From: an uncultured Alphaproteobacteria bacterium | GTDB taxonomy: Bacteria > Pseudomonadota > Alphaproteobacteria > Puniceispirillales > UBA1172 | Direction of reading: 5' to 3' | Assembly (NCBI GenBank): GCA_937952245.1 | Contig: CALFYS010000117.1 | Location: 25,544 to 89,543 of the forward strand | DNA length: 64,000 nucleotides | Shown here: in pieces, positions 27,029 through 35,700 of the stretch | Layout of the letters: every line of letters begins with the position of its first letter | Position numbering within the stretch: position 1 is the first letter of the stretch | Position numbers and translations under genes: made by a program | The notes under the pieces: generated by a model | Seen by the model: only the letters and a program-made list of their open reading frames with translations | Database searches by the model: none | Told to the model about the DNA's origin: nothing

Positions 27029-29515
27029 ATGACTGATCAAGCACAAGATACAAATAAAGCCACCGGTAAATTGCCATCAACCGCAAGGGTTGTCGTCATC
27101 GGCGGGGGTTCTGTTGGGACATCTGTTCTTTACCATTTGGCCAAGATGGGCTGGACAGATTGTGTGCTGCTGGAAAAGAACGAATTGACATCAGGTTCAA
27201 CTTGGCACGCGGCGGGGAATTGCCCCAATTACGCCGCCAATTGGACCATCATGCAGATGCAGTCTTATTCAAACCGCCTTTACCGCACCTTGGGCGAAGA
27301 GGTTGACTACCCGATGAATTATCACGTCACCGGCGCGATCCGATTGGCTCATTCAAAAGAACGGATGGAAGAGTTCCGCCATGTTGAAGCCATGGGTCGC
27401 CAGATGGGCATTGAATTTCAAGAAATGTCACCTGCTGAAATGCAAGAGGTGTATCCGTTCCTTGAAACCCATGATCTTGCGGGTGGCCAGTGGGATCCGC
27501 TGGATGGTGATATTGACCCCGCGCAGTTGTCACAGGCTTTTGCAAAAGGCGCTCGTGATCTTGGCGCGCAAGTCATCCGCTTTTGTCCAGTGACAGGTGT
27601 TGAACGGGTCAATGATGAATGGCTGATCAAAACCGATAACGGCGATATTCGTTGTGAATATGTGGTCAACGCCGCGGGGTATCGTGCTGATGAGATTGGC
27701 AAGATGTTTGGCCGCGACGTGCCTTGTGTATCCATGGCGCACCAGTATTTGATCACCGAAAGCATTGATGAGCTGACCAACCGCAAAGAAAAACTGCCGT
27801 TGTTGCGTGATCCGGACAGCTCTTATTACCTGCGTCAGGAAAAAGATGGCCTGTTGTTGGGGCCTTATGAATACAATTGTAAAGCCCATTGGGTAACAGA
27901 AGATGACCCGCGTCCGGCGGATTTCTCCTTCCAATTGTGGAACGATGATCTGGAACGTCTGGAATGGTATATCGAAGATGCTATTAACCGTGTTCCTATT
28001 CTGGGGTCAGGCGGCATCACCCGGGTGGTGAACGGGCCTATTCCTTACGCCCCTGATGGCTTGCCATTGATCGGGCCTATGCCGGGCGTGCCAAACGCTT
28101 TTGAAGCTTGTGTCTTTACCTTTGGTATTGTTCAGGCGGGCGGCGCTGGTAAATTGATGGCGGAAATGATCACCGAAGGTGAAACCGAAAGCGACAGCTG
28201 GGCTGTTGACCCGCGCCGTTTCACCGATCACGTTGACCGTGATTATTCCATCGCCAAGGCGATTGAAACCTATAGCCATGAATACGCCATGCATTTCCCG
28301 CATATCCAATGGCCAGCGGGTCGCGGGGCTAAAACATCTCCGCTTTATGACACATTGAAGTCAAAAGGCGCGGCCTTTGGCTCATACGGCGGCTGGGAAC
28401 GTGTTGAATATTTCTTGGCGGATGGCGAAGAAGAAAAGATGGTGGACAGCTATAACCACCAGCCTTCATTTGATGCCGTCGGCGCAGAATGTCGCCATGT
28501 TGCTGAACACGCTGGTCTGCTCGACCTGACAGGCTTCAGCCGCTATGAGATTAAAGGCGAAGGCGCTCGGGCTTGGCTGGATAGTCTGGTGACAGGCCGC
28601 TTGCCAAAAGAAGGCCGCATCGGTTTGATCTATTTCGCCACCGAAAAGGGCAAGACGCTGACGGAAATGACCGCCACCTGCTTCGGCGATAATCATTTCT
28701 GGCTGATCACCGGCGCGGGCGCGCTTTGGCATGACCGTGATTGGCTGCTGCATCAGATGCCGCAGGATGGTTCTGTTGAATTCAAAGACATCACCCGTGA
28801 TATGGGGTCGTTGTTGCTGACAGGGCCGAAATCACCGGCAATCTTTGAAAAACTGACCGGCGGCAGTGCCGCGCAAGCCGACTTCCCGTGGTTGAGCCAT
28901 CAGAACGTGTCCATCGGCGGGATTAACGCTGTTGCTATTCGCGTGTCTTTCGCTGGTGAAGCGGGATGGGAATTCCATGCTGATATGGGTCAATTGCATG
29001 ATGTTTGGGATGCCATTATGGCCGCGGGTGAAGACCATAACCTTGGGCTGTTTGGGATGCTGGCGCTTGATTCCATGCGTCTTGAAAAAGGCTATCGTTC
29101 ATGGAAATCTGACCTGACTTCAGATTACACGATGCTGGAAAGCGGGCTGGGCCGTTGGGTCAACCTCAATAAAGAAAACTTTGTTGGTAAAGCCGCGCTT
29201 CAGGCGGAAATGCAACGCGGCGCATCAAAAGCCTTTGTCACCATGACGGTTGAAGACCCCACCGATGGTGAGCCTTTTGGCGATGCGGTTTATCTGTCGC
29301 CTATTCAGTCTGACGGCAAAGACGTTGGGCTGGTGGTTTCCGCAGGCTATGGCCACCGTGTCGGCAAATCCATTGCTTATGGCGTCATTGAGCAAACCGC
29401 GATTGATGCTGGTCTTTCTAACCTTTCCATCAGTGTTCTAGGGCGCGATCGTAAAGCCGCGATTGTCGAAGGTGACGCGCTTTATGATGCTGGCCACGAA
29501 AAAGTGAGGGCATAA
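27029..29515 (+). CDS. GcvT-fused FAD-dependent oxidoreductase (dimethylglycine/sarcosine dehydrogenase family), paralog 1
   Basis: VVVIGGGSVGTSVLYHL dinucleotide motif. TSGSTWHAAG, the His used for covalent FAD in this family. C-terminal aminomethyltransferase (folate-binding) domain. 828 aa. Confidence 0.85.
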   Translation: MTDQAQDTNKATGKLPSTARVVVIGGGSVGTSVLYHLAKMGWTDCVLLEKNELTSGSTWHAAGNCPNYAANWTIMQMQSYSNRLYRTLGEEVDYPMNYHVTGAIRLAHSKERMEEFRHVEAMGRQMGIEFQEMSPAEMQEVYPFLETHDLAGGQWDPLDGDIDPAQLSQAFAKGARDLGAQVIRFCPVTGVERVNDEWLIKTDNGDIRCEYVVNAAGYRADEIGKMFGRDVPCVSMAHQYLITESIDELTNRKEKLPLLRDPDSSYYLRQEKDGLLLGPYEYNCKAHWVTEDDPRPADFSFQLWNDDLERLEWYIEDAINRVPILGSGGITRVVNGPIPYAPDGLPLIGPMPGVPNAFEACVFTFGIVQAGGAGKLMAEMITEGETESDSWAVDPRRFTDHVDRDYSIAKAIETYSHEYAMHFPHIQWPAGRGAKTSPLYDTLKSKGAAFGSYGGWERVEYFLADGEEEKMVDSYNHQPSFDAVGAECRHVAEHAGLLDLTGFSRYEIKGEGARAWLDSLVTGRLPKEGRIGLIYFATEKGKTLTEMTATCFGDNHFWLITGAGALWHDRDWLLHQMPQDGSVEFKDITRDMGSLLLTGPKSPAIFEKLTGGSAAQADFPWLSHQNVSIGGINAVAIRVSFAGEAGWEFHADMGQLHDVWDAIMAAGEDHNLGLFGMLALDSMRLEKGYRSWKSDLTSDYTMLESGLGRWVNLNKENFVGKAALQAEMQRGASKAFVTMTVEDPTDGEPFGDAVYLSPIQSDGKDVGLVVSAGYGHRVGKSIAYGVIEQTAIDAGLSNLSISVLGRDRKAAIVEGDALYDAGHEKVRA

Positions 29516-29517
29516 TC

Positions 29518-31992
29518 ATGGCAACACTTCCACAACACGCTAAAGCCGTCATTATTGGCGGTGGGGTGGTCGGCTGTTCCGTCGCCTATCACCTGACAAA
29601 ACTGGGCTGGACCGATGTTGTCTTGCTGGAACGCAAACAATTGACTTGCGGGACAACATGGCACGCCGCGGGGCTGATCGCGCAATTGCGCGCCACCCAA
29701 AACATGACGCGCTTGGCGAAATATTCGCAAGAATTGTATTTCAATCTTGAAGATGAAACAGGCGTGGCCACGGGCATTAAGCGCAACGGTTCCATCACCG
29801 TGGCCTTGACCGACGAACGGATGGAAGAGCTTCGCCGTTCAGCAGCGATGGCGCGGGCATTCGGGGTGGAAATTGATGAAATCCCCACCGATGAAATCGC
29901 CCGTCTTTACCCCGGGTTGAATGTTGAAGACGCGGTTGGCGGTGTTTGGTTGCCAAAAGATGGTCAGGGCGATCCGGTAAACATTACCCAAGCTTTGGCG
30001 AAAGGCGCGAAAATGCGCGGCGCGAATATCATCCAAGGCGTAAAGGTCACCGGCGTTACTGTTGAAGATGGAAAAGCCGTTGGCGTTGAAACAGAAGACG
30101 GCAATATCCGTGCTGATTTCGTTGTTAATTGCGGCGGGATGTGGGCGCGTGAAGTGGGCGCCATGGCCGGTGTTGCCGTGCCGCTTCATGCTTGTGAACA
30201 TTTCTACATTGTCACCGAAGGCATTGAAGGGTTGCAAAGCAATTTGCCGGTGTTGCGGGTGCCGGATGAATGTGCCTATTACAAAGAAGATGCGGGCAAA
30301 ATTATGCTGGGGGCGTTTGAGCCAAACTCAAAGCCTTGGGGGATGGATGGTATCCCTGAAGATTTTGAATTTGATAGCCTGCCCGAAGATTTTGACCATT
30401 TTGAACCCATCCTTGAAAAAGCGGTTGAACGTCTGCCGGTTCTGGGCACAGCGGGGATTCAAACCTTCTTTAATGGTCCGGAAAGCTTTACCCCCGATGA
30501 CCGCTATATCCTTGGCGAAGCCCCTGAAGTGAAGAATTTCTTTGTGGCGGCTGGCTTTAATTCGGTGGGGATTCAATCCGCGGGTGGCGCGGGCATGGTG
30601 CTGGCCGAATGGATGGATAAAGGCAACGCCCCCATGGATTTATGGGATGTCGATATTCGCCGGATGCAACCTTTCCAAGTCAATAAAAAATACCTGCATG
30701 ATCGGGTGAGTGAAACCCTTGGTCTGCTTTACGCGGATCACTTCCCTTACCGCCAGTTTGAAACAGGGCGGGATGTTCGCCGTTCACCGCTGCATCACCG
30801 TTTAGAAGATGCCGGGGCGTGTTTCGGAGAAGTGAACGGCTGGGAACGTGCCAATTGGTTCTTGCCTGCCGCTGAACGTGCCGCGGGCAAAACCGCTGAA
30901 TATGAATATTCATGGAAACGTCAAAACTGGTTTGAGCATAACGCCGCTGAACATAAAGCCATTCGTGAAACGGTGGGGATGTTCGATATGTCCAGTTTCG
31001 GCAAGATCATGGTCATGGGCAAAGATGCCGAAGCCGTGCTTCAGTTGGTGGCGGGCAATGATGTTGCCGTTGATAATGGCAAGATCGTCTATACCCAATT
31101 CTTGAATAGCGATGGCGGGATCGAAGCGGATGTGACCATCACCAGATTGTCTGCAGACCGCTTTATTATCGTGACCCCTGCCGCCACCATCCGCCGTGAT
31201 ATTAACTGGATTGAACGTCATATTCCTGATGGCGCGCATTGTTCGGTCATGGATGTGACGGCGATGGAAAGCGTCATGGTGGTGATGGGGCCGCAATCCC
31301 GTGACTTCCTGCAACCGTTGATCCCGCAAAGCCTCGCGAATGAAGATTTCCCCTTTGGCACAATGCAAGAGGTTGAAATCGGTTACGCCACGGCGCGCGC
31401 CCATCGCGTGACTTATGTCGGTGAATTGGGCTGGGAGCTCTATGTATCGGCGGATATGGCGGTGCATGTTTATGATGAATTGATGAAGCGTGGCCAAGAC
31501 CATGCCATCACCCATTGTGGCTTGCATACGCTTGATTCCTGCCGCATCGAAAAAGCCTTCCGCCATTTCGGGCATGATATTTCCAACGAAGATCATGTGC
31601 TGGAAGCAGGCTTGGGCTTTGCCGCGAAAATTGGCAAGCAATCGGGCCGGTTCGGTGATTTCATTGGCCGTGAAGCGGTGATGCGCAAGAAAGAAGACGG
31701 GCTGAACGCGCGTTTGATGCAGTTCAAATTAAAAGACCCGATGCCGCTTCTTTATCACAATGAAGCCATTCTCCGTGATGGTGAGATTGTGGGGTATTTA
31801 ACATCAGGAAATTACGGTCATCACCTTGGTGGTGCCGTTGGCCTTGGTTATGTCCCTTGCCGTGATAAAGGCGAAGATGCCAAATCGCAATTGGCGTCTG
31901 AATATATGATTGATGTGGCTGGACAAAAGGTCATGGCAGAAGTTAGCCTGAAGCCAATGTATGATCCAACCGCGGAACGCGTTAAAGCCTAG
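29518..31992 (+). CDS. GcvT-fused FAD-dependent oxidoreductase (dimethylglycine/sarcosine dehydrogenase family), paralog 2
   Basis: VIIGGGVVGCSVAYHL and TCGTTWHAAG motifs plus a C-terminal GcvT domain. 824 aa. Starts 3 nt after the stop of paralog 1. Confidence 0.85.
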   Translation: MATLPQHAKAVIIGGGVVGCSVAYHLTKLGWTDVVLLERKQLTCGTTWHAAGLIAQLRATQNMTRLAKYSQELYFNLEDETGVATGIKRNGSITVALTDERMEELRRSAAMARAFGVEIDEIPTDEIARLYPGLNVEDAVGGVWLPKDGQGDPVNITQALAKGAKMRGANIIQGVKVTGVTVEDGKAVGVETEDGNIRADFVVNCGGMWAREVGAMAGVAVPLHACEHFYIVTEGIEGLQSNLPVLRVPDECAYYKEDAGKIMLGAFEPNSKPWGMDGIPEDFEFDSLPEDFDHFEPILEKAVERLPVLGTAGIQTFFNGPESFTPDDRYILGEAPEVKNFFVAAGFNSVGIQSAGGAGMVLAEWMDKGNAPMDLWDVDIRRMQPFQVNKKYLHDRVSETLGLLYADHFPYRQFETGRDVRRSPLHHRLEDAGACFGEVNGWERANWFLPAAERAAGKTAEYEYSWKRQNWFEHNAAEHKAIRETVGMFDMSSFGKIMVMGKDAEAVLQLVAGNDVAVDNGKIVYTQFLNSDGGIEADVTITRLSADRFIIVTPAATIRRDINWIERHIPDGAHCSVMDVTAMESVMVVMGPQSRDFLQPLIPQSLANEDFPFGTMQEVEIGYATARAHRVTYVGELGWELYVSADMAVHVYDELMKRGQDHAITHCGLHTLDSCRIEKAFRHFGHDISNEDHVLEAGLGFAAKIGKQSGRFGDFIGREAVMRKKEDGLNARLMQFKLKDPMPLLYHNEAILRDGEIVGYLTSGNYGHHLGGAVGLGYVPCRDKGEDAKSQLASEYMIDVAGQKVMAEVSLKPMYDPTAERVKA

Positions 31993-32011
31993 TTTTTCAG
32001 GAGTATTCGTG

Positions 32012-33565
32012 ATGATCAATAAATCCCCTGTACCAAAATCACGCCGTGCTGGTGGCCGTCAGGCCAGAAAATCACTGAGAGCCGCCCCATTAGCCGAAGA
32101 ATTACGCCCCGTGCGGGCAGGGCTTTCAGGCGGTTCCTACAAGCCGCTTGATGACGCGGCCATGACCGCGGTGATTGATGCGGTTTACCAAATCCTTGAA
32201 GAAATTGGCCTGAGCCAAGCGCCGGAATCCGGTGTTGAATATATGTGTTCCGTGGGCGCGATTGCTGGCGATGATGGACGGGTGCGTTTCCCCCGTCATG
32301 TGATTGATGAAACGCTGGAAAAAGCCGCGCGGAATATCACGCTTCATGGCCAGTCGCCTGAATTTGATCTCGAATTATCAGGGTCAAAAGTGCATTACGG
32401 CACGGCGGGGGCGGCTGTCCATCTGGTTGATGTGGCGGGCAATGCCTATAAAGAAAGTGAGCTGAAAGATATTTACGATGCCGCGCGGATCGTTGAAAAA
32501 ATGGATAATATCCACTTCTTCCAGCGTCCTATGGTGGCGCGTGATGTTGAAGATGCTCGTGATCTGGACATTAACACGGTTTATGCCTCTGTTATCGGAA
32601 CACGGAAGCACGTTGGCACCAGTTTCACCGAAGCTGAATATGTGCCTGAAGCCATCGAAATGCTGCATAAGATTGCCGGTGGTGAAGACGCGTGGCGGGC
32701 ACGGCCATTTGTTTCAAATTCAAATTGCTTTGTGGTGCCGCCGCTTCGGTTTGCGACGGAATCCTGTTTGGTGATGGAAGAAGTCATCAAAGGCGGGATG
32801 CCGGTGTTACTGTTATCAGCGGGGCAGGCGGGGGCAACCGCGCCCGCATCCATCGCTGGCGCGGTGGCGCAAGCGGTTGCTGAAGTTTTGGCCGGGCTTG
32901 TTTATGTCAACGCGATGGTGCCCGGGCATCCTGCGATTTGCGGGACATGGCCATTTGTTTCAGATTTGCGGACTGGCGCGATGTCTGGCGGGTCAGGTGA
33001 ACAAGGGCTGTTGACCGCCGCTTGCGCGCAAGTGCTGAACCATTTCAATCTGCCGTCTGGTGCCGCTTCTGGCATGGCGGATGCGAAAATGCCTGATGCG
33101 CAATCCGGCTATGAAAAAGGCTCAACCGCTGTTATGGCGGGGCTGGCTGGTCTCAACATGGCGTATGAAACCGCTGGTATGCACGCTTCGCTTCTGGGTT
33201 TCTGCCTTGAAAGCTTGATCATTGATAATGATATGCTGGGGCAATGTATGCGCTGTGTTCGCGGGGTTGAGGTGAATGAGCAAACTTTATCCGTTGACGT
33301 GATGAAAGATGTTTGCATGGGCGGCCCGGGGCATTATCTGGGGCATGATGCGACGATTAATGTCATGCAGACCGAATATGTCTATCCTGAACTGGCGGAT
33401 CGGTCATCACCAAAGGAATGGGAAGAGCTGGGCAAGCCTGTGTTGAACGTGGAAGCGGCCAAACGCAAAGACGCGATCTTGTCTCAATTCATCCCTGATC
33501 ATATCGGCAAAGATGTTGATGAAGTCATTCGCCAGTCCCATAAAATCTTGCTGGCGCGGGCGTAA
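32012..33565 (+). CDS. trimethylamine methyltransferase (MttB) family protein, non-pyrrolysine type, paralog 1
   Basis: About 517 aa. The N-terminus (RRAGGRQARKSLRAAPLAEELRPVRAGLSGGSYKPLDD) is typical of alphaproteobacterial MttB-family proteins. The frame is uninterrupted with no in-frame TAG. CAGGAG lies 8 nt before ATG 32012. Confidence 0.8.
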   Translation: MINKSPVPKSRRAGGRQARKSLRAAPLAEELRPVRAGLSGGSYKPLDDAAMTAVIDAVYQILEEIGLSQAPESGVEYMCSVGAIAGDDGRVRFPRHVIDETLEKAARNITLHGQSPEFDLELSGSKVHYGTAGAAVHLVDVAGNAYKESELKDIYDAARIVEKMDNIHFFQRPMVARDVEDARDLDINTVYASVIGTRKHVGTSFTEAEYVPEAIEMLHKIAGGEDAWRARPFVSNSNCFVVPPLRFATESCLVMEEVIKGGMPVLLLSAGQAGATAPASIAGAVAQAVAEVLAGLVYVNAMVPGHPAICGTWPFVSDLRTGAMSGGSGEQGLLTAACAQVLNHFNLPSGAASGMADAKMPDAQSGYEKGSTAVMAGLAGLNMAYETAGMHASLLGFCLESLIIDNDMLGQCMRCVRGVEVNEQTLSVDVMKDVCMGGPGHYLGHDATINVMQTEYVYPELADRSSPKEWEELGKPVLNVEAAKRKDAILSQFIPDHIGKDVDEVIRQSHKILLARA

Positions 33566-33588
33566 GCTTGATTGCAGATGAAACAAAA

Positions 33589-33612
33589 GGGCGGCACGTG
33601 CCGCCCTTTTTT
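33589..33612. terminator. rho-independent terminator (bidirectional) between the MttB-family gene and ybaA-like gene
   Basis: GGGCGGCACGTGCCGCCC forms a perfect GC-rich hairpin. It is followed by TTTTTT and preceded by an A-rich run. Confidence 0.8.
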
Positions 33613-33639
33613 ATGCTGAATTTTAATGGCAAGAAAACA

Positions 33640-33987
33640 CTACTCATCCAGAAAAACGTCAAACCCACCCCAAATCATGCGCTTTCCATCAAAGGGCATA
33701 TGCTCATTTGTGATGCGCGGGTCGGTCATGATTTTCTGAACCCCAGCCATGCGGGCATCACGAGAAGGCCAGACAAGCCATGATAAAACCACGACTTCAT
33801 CCGCCTCTGCTTTGACCGCCATTGGAAAAGATGTCATTTCACCATCGGGGATGTCATCCCCCCATGTATCCACAACTCTGGTAACGCCGTGGTCTTTAAA
33901 CACTTCGACCATTTTTTTGGCGTGCGCCATATAGGCGTCTTTTTGATCGGCTTTAACGGCCGCCACAAACCCATCGATATAAGTCAT
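33640..33987 (-). CDS. ybaA: DUF1428 family protein (YbaA-like)
   Basis: From memory, similar along its length to E. coli YbaA. Matching segments are M.Y.DGFV.AV, FPMAVKAE..E.VV.SW..P and MPFDGKRMI.GGF. 115 aa. Confidence 0.85.
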   Translation of the reverse strand: MTYIDGFVAAVKADQKDAYMAHAKKMVEVFKDHGVTRVVDTWGDDIPDGEMTSFPMAVKAEADEVVVLSWLVWPSRDARMAGVQKIMTDPRITNEHMPFDGKRMIWGGFDVFLDE

Positions 33988-34023
33988 TGCTGACCTCCTC
34001 TGGTTGTTTGTGGCAAGTGTACC

Positions 34024-34935
34024 TTAATGGCGCTGTCCGTAATAGAGGGTGACGGTATGTTTCGCTTCGGCAAAGAACAACCAGCGGGAGACCATGACCC
34101 CAGCGATATGGATCAACGCCGCCAGCACCAAGGCCACAGGCGAAGACGCCGCCGCCAATAACGCCAAGCCAGGCAAGACAATCGCCAGACCAAGGCTGAT
34201 TTTACGAAGGGTATCGGCGTGTTTGCGGGCAACGACAAATCCCATTTCATGCTGCAACCAGTTTTCTTCTGAATGAGGCGGCATCAACATACGGACAGGG
34301 CCTAACGCGCCAAGGCCGGTGGCGCTTTCAGGGGTGGAACCACTGCCTTCTGCCCCCGCTTGCTTGGACCATAACACCGCAACAACCGCCGCTGAAAGAA
34401 GCGCCAATAACGCGGGCTGGGTCAAAACAGAAGCATCTCCATTGGCCATTGCATCCATGGTGACAGCGGCGATCAACCCGCCAGCCAAAGCATAGCCAAC
34501 AAACATGAATGGTGTCAGCGGGTGGAACCAGCGGGCAACCGTTTTTAATGACGCGTAGATCATGGCGGTGCACCAGATGGTTACCAGCGACAGGATCGCC
34601 ACCGCAACGCCTAACACAAAATTAGGCGCGCCGTTCATATAGCCATCCACGGCAAAACCAAAGAGCAAAATGGTGGTCAAGGCCGCCAATACGCCTTCAC
34701 GGGACAGCCAAGATGACCGCCATTGGGTCATCGCCCGCCATGCCCGTTCAGGGTGGCCAAGGTGCATGGTCGAAGAAACCACGCCAGCACCGATCAATGC
34801 CAAGGCAACGCCATTATACACCAGCCACCAAAAGGCGGTTGGCGCGGTGATCAACCCAAGGCCGATGATGGCGGCAAGGCCAAATCCAAGGCCGGAAAGG
34901 GTGGTGAAAACAATCAGGGAAAAGGCAGGACGCAT
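34024..34935 (-). CDS. soeC: membrane anchor subunit of a molybdoenzyme complex (DmsC/NrfD-like), candidate sulfite dehydrogenase SoeC
   Basis: About 8 TM helices, 303 aa. It is the last gene of a three-gene molybdoenzyme, FeS and anchor set adjacent to pta and the taurine genes. Confidence 0.6.
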   Translation of the reverse strand: MRPAFSLIVFTTLSGLGFGLAAIIGLGLITAPTAFWWLVYNGVALALIGAGVVSSTMHLGHPERAWRAMTQWRSSWLSREGVLAALTTILLFGFAVDGYMNGAPNFVLGVAVAILSLVTIWCTAMIYASLKTVARWFHPLTPFMFVGYALAGGLIAAVTMDAMANGDASVLTQPALLALLSAAVVAVLWSKQAGAEGSGSTPESATGLGALGPVRMLMPPHSEENWLQHEMGFVVARKHADTLRKISLGLAIVLPGLALLAAASSPVALVLAALIHIAGVMVSRWLFFAEAKHTVTLYYGQRH

Positions 34936-34944
34936 GACGATTTC

Positions 34945-35700
34945 CTATTGCAAGCGATCAAGAGTTTTATCAAGCCAAGACCAGAAGCCAGCGCCTTCAT
35001 TGGTCTGGGTATTGGCCAAAGCCACCAGATCAACAGGACCATCTTCTTCAATTTCAGCCTGACGTGGGCGAGGCGGCAGGTATTTGTTGACGGGCTTGGT
35101 GTCTTGTTCTGGCATCAGATCAAAACCGCCACGTTCCGCCACCAATTTGCTGACATCAGAATTGGGATCACCCAAATCACCGAAATGGCGAGCGCTGGTG
35201 GGGCAGGTGCGCACACAAGCGGGGATTTGGTCTTCTTCTTCCAAAGTTTCGTTGTAAATCCGGTCAACACAAAGGGTGCATTTCTTCATGACCCCTTCGG
35301 CAGGGTCCATCTCACGGGCGCCATAAGGGCAAGACCATGCGCAAAGACCACAGCCAATGCACCAATCTTCATTGACCAGCACAATACCATCTTCCGCCCG
35401 TTTATAGGACGCGCCAGTAGGACAAACAGGCACACAAGGCGCGTCTTCACAATGCAGGCATGATTTTGGGAAATGAACAACCCGCGCGTCTTTGCCCGTG
35501 CCCGCTTCAAACGTATGAACACGGTTCAGCCATGACCCCACAGGGTTATCGCCATAGGCGTTGACATCGGAAAGCGGCGCGCCGTAACCAGCGGTGTTCC
35601 ATTCCTTACAATTGACAACACAAGCTTGGCAACCGACACAAATATCAAGGTCAATGACAAGGCCAAGTTTAACATCTGATGGTGGTGGCATATCGGTCAT
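34945..35700 (-). CDS. soeB: 4Fe-4S ferredoxin-type subunit (DmsB-like), candidate SoeB
   Basis: Four Cys cluster motifs: CVGCQACVVNC, CLHCEDAPCVPVCP, CIGCGLCAWSCP and CTLCVDR. The start overlaps the catalytic subunit's stop (ATGA). Confidence 0.7.
   Translation of the reverse strand: MTDMPPPSDVKLGLVIDLDICVGCQACVVNCKEWNTAGYGAPLSDVNAYGDNPVGSWLNRVHTFEAGTGKDARVVHFPKSCLHCEDAPCVPVCPTGASYKRAEDGIVLVNEDWCIGCGLCAWSCPYGAREMDPAEGVMKKCTLCVDRIYNETLEEEDQIPACVRTCPTSARHFGDLGDPNSDVSKLVAERGGFDLMPEQDTKPVNKYLPPRPRQAEIEEDGPVDLVALANTQTNEGAGFWSWLDKTLDRLQ

Noticed and set aside
32012-33565. The possibility that the MttB homologs are true pyrrolysine-containing trimethylamine methyltransferases.
   Set aside because: Both reading frames (32012-33565 and 56325-57878) are uninterrupted with no in-frame TAG, so they are non-Pyl family members. 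TMA specificity is not supported.
34723-35463. A 246-aa ORF on the plus strand, antisense to the soeC/soeB-like genes.
   Set aside because: It lies entirely within well-supported genes on the other strand. Its composition is Arg/Gly/Ala-rich and low-complexity, typical of antisense frames, and there is no RBS or recognisable motif.
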